NCBI GenBank assembly: GCA_977030845.1
Contig: OZ365119.1
Location: forward strand, 11,594,001 to 11,658,000
Reading direction: 5' to 3'
DNA: 64,000 bases
DNA from: Fimbriosthenelais zetlandica
Lineage: Eukaryota
Below are positions 54,201 through 64,000 of the stretch, piece by piece; the first letter of the stretch is position 1, and every line of letters begins with the position of its first letter. The position numbers and the translations under genes were made by a program. Below the pieces are notes generated by a model that worked only from the letters and a program-made list of their open reading frames with translations, was not told the origin of the DNA and ran no database searches.

Positions 54201-56690
54201 ACAGCTAACCTGACGTCATCATCACAGGACAGTAAGCCTATCACGCCATCCCCGTCACCAGCCAGCTCCTACCACTCCCCGGCTCACAGTAACTACTCGG
54301 CTGAGCTGTTGTTCAGTCCGTCTAGTGTTTCTAACTCATCTAAATCAGTCAATGACACCATGGTCAGCCTGACCCAGCGACCATCCAGCTGTCATAGCCA
54401 GGGCTCATCACAAAGTCTCACTCCAACTCCTAATGTGGTGCCTACTAAAAACACTCACCCACAGCAACATCACCAGCAACAACAACAAGCTGAGCCAGCA
54501 ACATTAGCAGGCCAGCGAGCAGCTCATGACGCCCACCGCCCCCCCACCCACCCCCCATCCACCCACCCCCCTCATCACCTCCAACCAGGAGCACGTAGTA
54601 ACTTCTACACTGCTGAGAGCATGGTGTCTAAAGGTGGCTCCACCAACATGACTAAAGCCGCGTCATCATCATGTCGTCAGAGTCCTGGTCATGATCAGTT
54701 TACTGTACCCATGTTAGGTCATGGTAACATGAGGCCTAGTGACGTCACTAACAATCTACTGACGCCCTTCAGTCTGGCCTCGTCGTCTGGTAGCACCTTC
54801 TCCTTCTCTCTCTCTGGTACTCGTAATACCACGTCCACCACTAGTGGCAGGATGCAGTATGATGCACCATCTATATACGGTATTCCTGGTATTCCCCCCC
54901 ACCACCCACACCAGACACAGGGGCTGGGGGGTGGGGGCGGCGGGGGCGGGGCAGGGGGGCAGTTATCACCCATGTTCATGCCACCCGGTCCACCTAACCC
55001 TACACACCCACATAGTATACCACATCATACCACATCACAACATCATCGACCATCACGTCAACCATCTCAACCTCTCACCACACAGGCTGGTAATACATCC
55101 ACCACGGGTGATGTGAGCCCGGCCCCTCATCACAGACATTACCCCGCCTACAATCAGGATAACCCCAGCCGAGGTGTACATGGTGGACGAGATCACTACC
55201 ACCCCCCACCCCCACCCCCACCCCCGACATCCATGATGACAAATGACAATACAAACACTAAACCCCAGCCCCAGCAGGCGAGGAACGCCATGCCACCCTC
55301 CCTCCACCCCTCTCACAGTATGGGGGGAGGGGGAGGGGGGTCATCTAATAGATCAGGTAGGAATGATCCTCCCTACTTCCCAGGCTTCCCACCCCTCCCC
55401 GGCCAACCCCCACCCCTCCCCGGCCAACCCCCACCCCTCCCCGGCCAACCCCCACACATGGGGTCTACCAGTGCCCCGCACCTGCACCACCCTCCCCGCT
55501 CCGCCCCCGGCCCTCACCGCCCGGCCTTTGACCCGTCTAACCCGTCCCCCCAGCGCTACCCTCTCATGCCTGGTCAGGGTTTTAATGGCCAACCATTTGA
55601 CGCAGCTCACGTACAGTTCCAGTCACGGAGCCCGGGGGCTGGTGGTACTCAGCCTGGGGCACCCTACCCCCAGACAGGCTCAGTAGATAACACTCAACAC
55701 ATGAGTAAATCAGGGAGCAGCTCTAACGGTGGTCGAGCTAGTCTACCTACATCACAACATGGTCCACCCCCACCACAACGACCAAGTAACAAGACCATGG
55801 CCGCCACTGGTGGCACCAAGAACTCCACCAAATCAAGTAGCAGTAAATCTAAACAGAAGAAAGCTGCGGCAGCAGCAGCAGCTGCGGCAGCGGCAGCCGC
55901 GGCAAATAGATGTGAGGTGGACACTAACCTGTCTAACTCCATCTTTGAGACGAGTCGGAGTATGACACCTCTCTTCCCCATGGCTACCATGTCACCCCCC
56001 ACCACCCGGTCACTACAGACAGATGGACCCACCTACCTCCCCACCAACATCTTCACCAACACCCCGGGGCGCCCCCTCACCACCACCAACCCGCTACAAC
56101 ATAAAAACCCCGACATGAATCCACCATTTGGTCAGCTCTTCCAGCGGACCCGGCCTCAGAACGGTCTACCTCTCAACTTCCAGCCTGGCTTTGGTATGAA
56201 CTCTGTGCACTCCTCGCCTCATGTGACGGCTGGGGCGGCGCAGATGATCAGTCCTCACTCTAACTCAGGCTCAGTCGTCTCTCACATGACTAACTTTAAC
56301 CTCAACCTCTTCCCTGACGTCAGTAATGGACCTGGTGGACCCCCCGGACCGGGCCAGGGTCCGGACTCTCTCAATATGTCGCCTATAAAGTTCGCCTCAG
56401 CTCATGGTAACATCCTGGGCCCGCCGTCAGCCGCGCCTGGCGGTGGGTTAGATAACCCCGGATTACAACCACACCCGCCAGGTGGTGCTCAGATCTACCA
56501 TCAACACCGGCCACCTCACCAGATGGCAGCACCTAACATGTTACATAATATGACCATTAACTCACTACTCAGTCATAATCCACACAGCTTCGACCCTCGA
56601 CAAGTGGCTCCATCTATTAACGGATCCATGGGTCCACCATTCGCCGGTCACCCCCACCATCCATCCTTCAGTATGCCTCTCAACTTTTAA
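45297..56690 (+). CDS. USF3: USF3 (KIAA2018)-like giant bHLH-leucine-zipper transcription factor, about 2,750 aa
   Basis: Exons 45297-45363, 46523-46643, 47248-47380, 47883-47979, 48290-48373, 48801-50375, 50503-56690 are phase-consistent. Basic region HRSTERARRGRI, helix 2 ILDKVAVYI, zipper, then RYTEALK...DWKG. This resembles my recollection of USF3 (GRYIELLK...HWKG). A very long S/T/P-rich tail lies in a giant last exon. The symbol rests on recalled similarity, not a search. Confidence 0.72.
46100..46365. repeat. Degenerate AT-rich tandem repeat (TCATAATATTATAGGGTAA-like)
   Basis: Read directly, in USF3-like intron 1. Confidence 0.75.
46853..47253 (+). repeat. 44-bp minisatellite x9 containing the 3' splice junction of the bHLH basic-region exon
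   Basis: Unit GAGAATGTAGACTATATTGTGTATAACTTGTTGATTATTACAGT. The real junction is TTTTTACAG|TGAGAAGAAG at 47247. Confidence 0.92.
47405..47720. repeat. 37/38-bp repeat (GGAAACCTGATAAAATACCACTAAAACGACCATAATA) x~5 and a ~26-bp repeat x3 in USF3-like intron 3
   Basis: Read directly. Confidence 0.85.
53085..53400 (+). repeat. Coding 45-bp repeat x7 (PLFPPVSSPSSRTPA)
   Basis: In frame within the 2041-aa ORF. Confidence 0.92.
53690..53885 (+). repeat. Coding 24-bp repeat x8 (TTTSNHSL)
   Basis: In frame within the 2041-aa ORF. Confidence 0.9.
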
Positions 56691-57899
56691 CTACAAATAA
56701 TATTTATTTAATCAAGGTTTTACTGACTGCCTCAAACTCTGGCGGACCTGGATCATGTCAGAGAACGTCTGCTCAACTTGCTGTCTTCTCATTCTGATTT
56801 AGGTTAATTTTATTCACATTTGTTGACTTAGTGATATATAATATATTTCTGTTCTCGCGTTCTACACAGTTCTTAGATGAAATATTAGATATATTTCTTT
56901 TATTAAAAGCGATGTAAATTTTATTTTTTTCTTGAAGCCATAAATATTAAGTTTGCTTCAAGAGATGAGCAGAGTAAATGAGTAGTAGTGTAGATTTATG
57001 ATAGGTTTCTCATAACGCTACCCTGTGTCATGGACTATCAGGCTGACATGGGAACAAGGCCATCTTTGCCATTTATTGTGATATACTCTCTAACGTAGCT
57101 TGAATCCTTCTCGGTTACTGCAAAAAAAAAACCCGCTCATACCCCGACATCTTTAACTTACTGAACGCCCGCTCAGATAGGGACAAGTGTAATTATTTTA
57201 ATATCGACAACATTTGTATTATTCGAGATAGAATCTGGGAGCATTCAGACTAGTGTCTCCCTACAAATGCTATATTTTCCATGACAGATCCTTACGATAA
57301 AAAATATATATACATGTACATTATGTTTTTTTTAGTTTAAAAATAAGGATGATTATATATTTTTCCTAGTTTATAATCCCTACCCATCATGTATTTGATT
57401 TAATTTGAATTGACTGTTTTGTAAATATATTGATTTAATCTATAATTTTAGCCTGTAATGAATCCATGTACTGATATTACTATCATTTGTGTATACTGAT
57501 CACTGGGTAAAAAAACCTGAGTTAAATATATTTATATTATATTGTATTTAAAAGATATCTAAATGATTCACTTCATGTTATATATTAATTGGCTATGTGA
57601 AGAGTATGAGTTGCTGCCTTCGTTGTATTTCTTAGCTTTTAGTTTTTAAAACTAATCAAACTCGACTTTGACTTGTGTTTAAATCATTTTAAATACTTTA
57701 GTTTACAACTAGAAAAGGAGCCCAGTATTATGAGTAATCTGTAATAAGCTTACTCGGACGATTGTCTCATTCATTAATTATCATTTAAGTTTCATTCTTC
57801 GAACTTTAAGGGTTTTATTTGAAAATATTTGATGTTATTTGTCTTTTCGATGGATTGAAAAGTCCATGTAAAGAGTGTTGCAGGTTTGTTTTAGTAACG

Positions 57900-58200
57900 A
57901 CTGAAGGTTCCATGGTATAACTGAATGTTCCATGGCTGGACTGAAGGTTCCATGGCTGGACTGAAGGTTCCATGGTTTAACTGAAGGTTCCATGGCTGGA
58001 CTGAAGGTTCCATGGTTTAACTGAAGGTTCCATGACTGGACTGAAGGTTCCATGGCTGGACTGAAGGTTCCATGGCTGGACTGAAGGTTCCATGGTTTAA
58101 CTGAAGGTTCCATGGCTGGACTGAAGGTTCCATGGTTTAACTTAAGGTTCCATGGCTGGACTGAAGGTTCCATGGTTGGGCTGCATGTTCCATGGTTGGA
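57900..58200. repeat. 20-bp minisatellite CTGAAGGTTCCATGG(CTGGA/TTTAA) x~15
   Basis: Read directly. Two interleaved variants. Confidence 0.93.
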
Positions 58201-59541
58201 CATGGCTTATTTCTCCTCCATCATAGATCTCCATTTCACTTTATCAGAGCTTTATTTTTGCATGAAACAGGAAAATATTGACTTAAAAAAACTTGAGAAA
58301 CGATGACCAACTCTTTAATATTTTGGGTTGATTTATTCTCCAATTTAATTCTAGAAATTGCTGTTTTTAAGCTATTGTTGTATAGCAATATAAAGAAGAG
58401 ATTTTAGTTTACTTTCTGACATTTTCTTTATCCTTATTTGTGTTAACACATTTTATTTTGTGAGTTCTTTAAATTGTTGGTCATCTGGATTCACTTGTTA
58501 ATCCTATCACCATAGAAACAAGGTTGAATAACATTTAAAATTGAGAAAACTTGGTTAAATTTTAATTTAGAAGTTGTGTGTTTGGATGGGCAGGGTGTAG
58601 TGATACTGTTGGCCCTGTGATGATATCCCACCCTCTCTACCGCCATCATGCACAGATTTTATATCCACAAAAATAATAAAATTAATACCATGTAAAAGTG
58701 GAAGACATTTTTGCTTAATCATATATACATGTGTATTCTTGAAGGTATATTTCATACTAAATCAATGTTGGGGGCCAGGCTCCTAGATGATGAGCATAAG
58801 GGGATCGCCTGGGTGTATATAATACTAGCCTTGAACTCGTGACGTCATCATATGACGTAATGGCGTCTCATATAGCAGGTTGGCGTCTTTGCTATGTTTC
58901 TCTGATGTCAAAAAAAACGACGTCTTGAAGGATTGTCGGCAGCAATTTGTTGTATATTTTTCTGATATAAAAAGACATATCATAACTTTGACAGTTTGTT
59001 CTTCTTTTATACGGAAATATTTTCCAATGTATGTTTAACAAATACAGTTCAATGGATTCAAAATAGATATTGAGAATTGATAAAAGGTATATCTACCTTA
59101 TACATGTAGTATGCGGGCCGCAATTGTTTCTTCCATTGAGTTAACACTGAGCGTTAGTTCCCGCTTTTGCCGAGGGCGGCGTATAGCGTGGGTTGTGTTT
59201 GATGGGTTGGAGGTACCTGTACTTACATGTTATAGGGTAAAAATCCACACGCGCGACACGGCCCTATAATCATGATCAATTTTAAATAGTGACATGCAAA
59301 ATTAAATGAAAGTGACAAGCAGAATAAGACACCAAAAGGGAAAAAGGATGATCCCAAAGGGGATTCGAAAAGAGGACCTTTAGGTTTCAAATCCAACTCA
59401 GCATCCTCCATCCTTCCCCTAAGCCTTCTATGGCTTCCCCTATAGATAGTTTTAACATCTATCTACTATCTACCTATATCACTGCACCTTTTTCGGGCTT
59501 TTAGACAATAATATATCGTAGTATAATTTGTTTATGCAACA

Positions 59542-60043
59542 TGTTGATGATTGATTGGTACTGAAGCGCTGTAAGTTAATATATGCAGCTGCCAGGTCCA
59601 CCTGCAAATGTCACACACATCCTGTAGTTGGTGATCTTTTAGACATAATTGAGGACTGACGTGAAAACTTTGTTTCATAAGTTTATTTCTTCGTTGCGCC
59701 GTCAAAAAACTGCAATGTAATCAACGTACAATGGTATTTGGTAATTGGTATTTCAATGATGCGTAACATGTTTAAATATTTCAATATTAATAATATAATT
59801 GTACAATGTTACCAACCTTTGTCTTCCTTGTATTTTAACACCAACTTCAATTTCTATTTATTATCCATTTCTTGCTACTGTTTGTTGAAAAGGTGTGTGC
59901 TGAGAGGAGGTGTGCACCTGCCAGTGCCCAATGCGAGTGTGTGTGATTGGTATGTGGTTGGTCAGGTCGGTGGGTGTCGACCCCCACCTCCCTGCACATC
60001 CAAAGAGTGCCACTGAGGGCGCCACTGCGCATTGGCGGTTACA
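59542..60043 (-). mobile_element. Probable 3' LTR of the BEL/Pao element (about 502 bp, TGT...ACA)
   Basis: On the minus strand a purine tract GGTGGGAG is followed by TGTAACC at 60043. There is an AATAAA inside and the candidate end is CATCAACA at 59542. The second LTR lies outside the window, so the far boundary is tentative. Confidence 0.6.
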
Positions 60044-60240
60044 CTCCCACCAATCATAAATTTTTACAATATATGATTTACCTTTAGTAACATCGAAATC
60101 ACAAGAGACAATAACTGTCAGCACTTTGAACCACACCATATATAATAATAATACAATTATCATCACCAAAGGTGAACACTTTAACCGTTTTGTTTATAAG
60201 TAGAACCTTTCAATAGAAGCTAAAGCAAGTAAACCATGAT

Positions 60241-63200
60241 TTAGTTAGCTTCTAATAACACAATTAACTTTTGAATTGGCCTTTCTAGTACAGATGCCTT
60301 TTTTACCCGTTTACCATCATTGCCGAGATTTTTGTCACTTAACTCAACAGTTACTCGCCGTACCAATCCATCATCATCACTCTTTACAGCCTTGACCATA
60401 GCTACAGGCCATTCACATCTTGGAGTGTCATGATCTGTGACCAACACAACATCTCCCACCTTGAGATTCCTTCTGACTGTATTCCATTTTTGACGTCTTT
60501 GTAAGCACGCCAAGTATTCCTTGCGCCAACGGCTCCAGAATTGCTCTGCTATGAATTGAACTCGACGCCACCGTTTACGGATATAGAGATCCTCTTTCCA
60601 ATACAGTCCTGGGGGTGGCAAGAGATCTGATGGTTTCATGGTCAATACATGATTTGGAGTTAATGGCATTAGCTCTGGGTCATCTTGTGCGACAACGATT
60701 GGTCGACTGTTGACTATGTACATGCATTCATATAATACAGTTCTTAGTGATGAATCATCTAGTCGACTTGGACAGATAGCTAGAGTAGCGGTGAGTACAT
60801 TGCGAACAGTTCGTATTTGTCGTTCCCAGACACCACCGGTGTGACTAGCTGATGGAGCGTTGAATTTGAAGTCACACTGGCGTTTCAACAAATAGTCTTT
60901 CACCCTTCCTGCATCCATTTCTTTGAATGCTTTCTTCAGTTCATTGTTCGCGCCAATGAAGTTTGATCCTTGATCACAGAGAAGGCTTCTCACAGGTCCA
61001 CGGATAGATAAGAAGCACCTTAAGGCGTTGATGAAGCAGTCAGTGGAAAGATCATCGAGCATTTCAATATGAATACCTCTGCTACATAGACAAGTAAATA
61101 GGAGTCCATATCGTTTTGTTTGCTTTCGTCCTTGGTGAGTCAGGAATGGACCGAAACAGTCCATGCCACAGTATGAGAAAGGTGGACCAGGCTGCATACG
61201 TTCCTCTGGCAAGTCTGACATCATTTGTTCTTGTACCGGCCTTCTAAGTTTTCTACATGTGACACAGTCTTTGATGAGGGTTTTCACGATGCTGGTTTCT
61301 GTCCAGAATCCATTGCTCCTTAACGTGGCTACAGTAAACCCTCTTCCTTGATGTCGGATTTCCTTATGGTAGTGCCAGATTATTAAGTTTGTGATGTGGT
61401 TCGCCTTTGGAAGAATGACTGGGTGCTTTTCCTGCTCTGACAAGTCTGATTTGCGTATTCGACCACCAACTCTTAGTAACCCCCTTTTGTCAAGAAATGG
61501 TTGCAGGGTTTGGATGCGACTTGAAGGTATAGATTTCCCCTTCTGAAGAGTTTCTATCTCCGTTTGAAAGGCTTCTTGTTGAGCTAGTTTGATAACAATC
61601 ATTCCAGCTTCCTCTATTTCCTCCACAGTTAGAGGTTCCTTACGATTTCGCCCAGGTGACAGTCTTCTGATTCTGGCCACAACTCTCCGGAGAAGGTTCC
61701 AGCTAGAGAACCTTTGTAACCTGTCTATAATGTCAAAATTAGTTTTGGTTGTTAACAGGGATACTGTCCGCACTTCAGGATCTTCGGTGTGAATTTCAAC
61801 AATTTCTGGAGTAGAAATTTGAAGGTCAGGATTCCATAAAAAGCTTGGTCCTGTGAACCAGTTTGATTCCATGAGGTCTTTGATGAATAAGCCACGGGAA
61901 GCGTGATCTGCTGGATTGTTCTCTGATTGGACCCACTGCCATTGACTCAATTGGCTGTTCTCTCGGATGAATTGCACTCGGTTTGCTACAAATGTGTGGA
62001 ATCTCTTTGATTGGTTGCCGATGTAGGCTAATGCGACTTGTGAATCAGTCCAGAAGTATTCATTGTCTAGTTCCATTTTAAGTTCTTCTCTGAGTTTGAG
62101 GCTCAATTTAACTGCGACTACTGCAGCGGTTAATTCTAAACGTGGAATTGTAACCACCTTACTTGGAGCTATGCGGGCTTTACCTGCTACCAGGCTGCAA
62201 TGGACACTGTCATGATTCACAAAGCGTAAATAGGAACATACACCATACCCAATATTACTAGCATCCATGAAGTGATGGAGCTCTGTATAAGTACACTCAA
62301 AGTCGTAGGGCTTATAGGTCCTTGGTACATGGATTTCTGTCAAGTTTCCTAAGTCCATAAGCCAGTTCTCCCACCGTGGCAGAAGCTCTTCAGAGAGTGC
62401 GTCATCCCAAGACAGTTTGTTATGACATGCCACCTGGAGAATGGATTTTCCTATCAGGACAAATGGTGCTAAGAACCCTAAGGGATCGTATATCGAGGCT
62501 ACTGTAGATAAGATTCCTCTTCTTGTGTATGGTTTATTCTTTGGTTCCATGGAGAAAGTGAAAGAGTCTTGTTCTATGTTCCACTGAACGCCCAGAGTAT
62601 GTTCAATAGGTAAGTCCTTGTCAGGGCATATTTCAACTTCGCTGCATTTGGCTGATCGTTCTGTCACCGGGATACTGTTTAGGACTGTACGGCTGTTGGA
62701 GATGAATTTATGAAGTCTTAGTTTTGCCTTGTTGCATATACTTCTGGCCTCTTGTACCAACTGGATTGCTTCATCTTCTGTTGCAACACTTGTAACTCCA
62801 TCATCAACGTAGAAGTCATACAGGATAAATGATGTAGCTAGAGGATACTCGGAACCATAGTCCTGGGCCAACCGCTTCAGACTGAAGTTGGCGCAACCAG
62901 GTGAAGAGGAGGCGCCAAAGAGATGGACGTTCATGCGAAATGCCACTGGATCTACAGAGATATTGCCATCAGGCCACCACAAGAATCTCAGGAAGTCCCT
63001 ATCATCAGAGTTGACATAGAATTTGTGAAACATCCCTTCAATATCGCACATTAATGCCACTGGATGTCTCCGGAAACGACAGAGCACGCCAAGAAGGTTG
63101 TTAGTGAGATCAGGACCAGTCAGTAGGTGATCGTTGAGAGACGTTCCTTTATATTTAGCTGAACAGTCGAAGACAACGCGTAGTTTTCCTTTTTGAGGAT

Positions 63201-64000
63201 GTACAACACCATGATGGGGAATATACCATGTCTCTCCTGGTTTACCTTCTTCAGGAGCCAGTGAAGCTTCTTCGTTATGCAACATTTTATTCATGAAACT
63301 CGTGTAATCATCTCTGTATGTGGAAGTTTGAAATTTCTTTTTTAGATGTGACAGTCTTGTATTTGCCAATTGAAAGTTGTTCGGCAGTTTTGGTCGTTCT
63401 CTAAATGGCAATGACGTTTCATAATGACCCTTTTCATTTGGTTTTATTGTTTTTTCTAGGGTATCGATAAACTGAATGTCCTCCTGGGAAACCTTGGTAA
63501 CTTGATGTTTAGTGTCATTGAAGTCTGTTTCTAAGAGTTTCAAGACATCTTGGGGTGTGACCGCTGGACACTCTTGAACAGAAACACGATGACATGTAGC
63601 TGCGTTTGATTCCTCTTCATGATGTGTGCCGATGACTCCCCAACCTAGATCAGTCTTGATGCCAAAGGGCTCATATTCTTGGCCCTTTATTATTTCTGTT
63701 GGTAGAAGAGCTTGGCTGCAGTTATAGCCTATGAGGAGGCCGATGGGACATTCCAAATAAGGTGGTACCTTATCAATGAGTGACTTGAGATGGTCCCATC
63801 CTGCGACGGTCTCTCTTGTGGGAATATTTCTGGCATCAAATGGGATGGTGTGTCTGGTGTAAGCGGGGGGAAGATGAATGATCTTTCTTGATGTGTATCC
63901 TCGAATTTGTAAGTTGCTAATGCGATTGCTTTTCACTTCTGAGTTTTTATTTAGCACGGTTGTTAGTTTGAGTTTTACTGGCTCTCCCTCTATATCCCAG
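60241..64000 (-). mobile_element. BEL/Pao LTR retrotransposon polyprotein (protease-region remnant, RT, RNase H-like/Peptidase A17, integrase, C-terminal DUF5641-like), 5' part outside window
   Basis: Uninterrupted ORF of at least 1238 aa. Motifs: WYIPHHGV, RVVFDCSA, LNDHLLTGP, FGASSSP, FYVDD, YDPLGFL, TIPRLEL, HHCC (H..IRH..C..C), DCFGP, CDQGSNF, GVWER, WSRWRKEYL. Confidence 0.97.

Noticed and set aside
52682-56032. Minus-strand Gly/Arg/Val-rich ORFs opposite the giant exon
   Set aside because: Antisense shadows of Pro/Ser/Thr-rich coding sequence and its repeats.
58815-59200. Possible non-autonomous Helitron-like element (TACTAG..., GACGTC-rich, CCGC/GCGG hairpin)
   Set aside because: Termini are not definable and there is only one copy in the window.
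60008-60025. CTCF-like CCACTGAGGGCGCC in the LTR
   Set aside because: One base short of the consensus spacing.

Overview
Eukaryotic genomic DNA from an invertebrate, probably a lophotrochozoan such as an annelid (inferred from gene families and intron style; not verifiable here). The window has three N gaps and five protein-coding genes, which I reconstructed exon by exon from GT-AG boundaries and frame continuity. (1) A Na+/K+-ATPase alpha subunit (+, ~1.8-17.4 kb) with three candidate first exons, a duplicated and probably mutually exclusive exon for helix M2, and two candidate frame-preserving microexons. (2) A DOMON/cytochrome-b561 ferric-chelate-reductase-like gene (+, 22.3-37.8 kb) of about 2,600 aa, with 11 near-identical DOMON modules plus one divergent module. 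All 12 keep the Met/His heme-ligand positions, and six junctions contain what looks like a collapsed, exonised intron. (3) An SLC22 organic-ion transporter (-) whose stop codon is only 54 bp from the reductase stop. (4) An intronless class A GPCR (-). (5) A very large USF3-like bHLH-ZIP factor (+). The right end holds an intact BEL/Pao LTR retrotransposon (-) that runs out of the window. Also present are a four-copy MITE family, several long hairpins, a tRNA-like SINE head and many minisatellites. In three different genes, intronic minisatellites are tandem copies of the downstream 3' splice junction itself.
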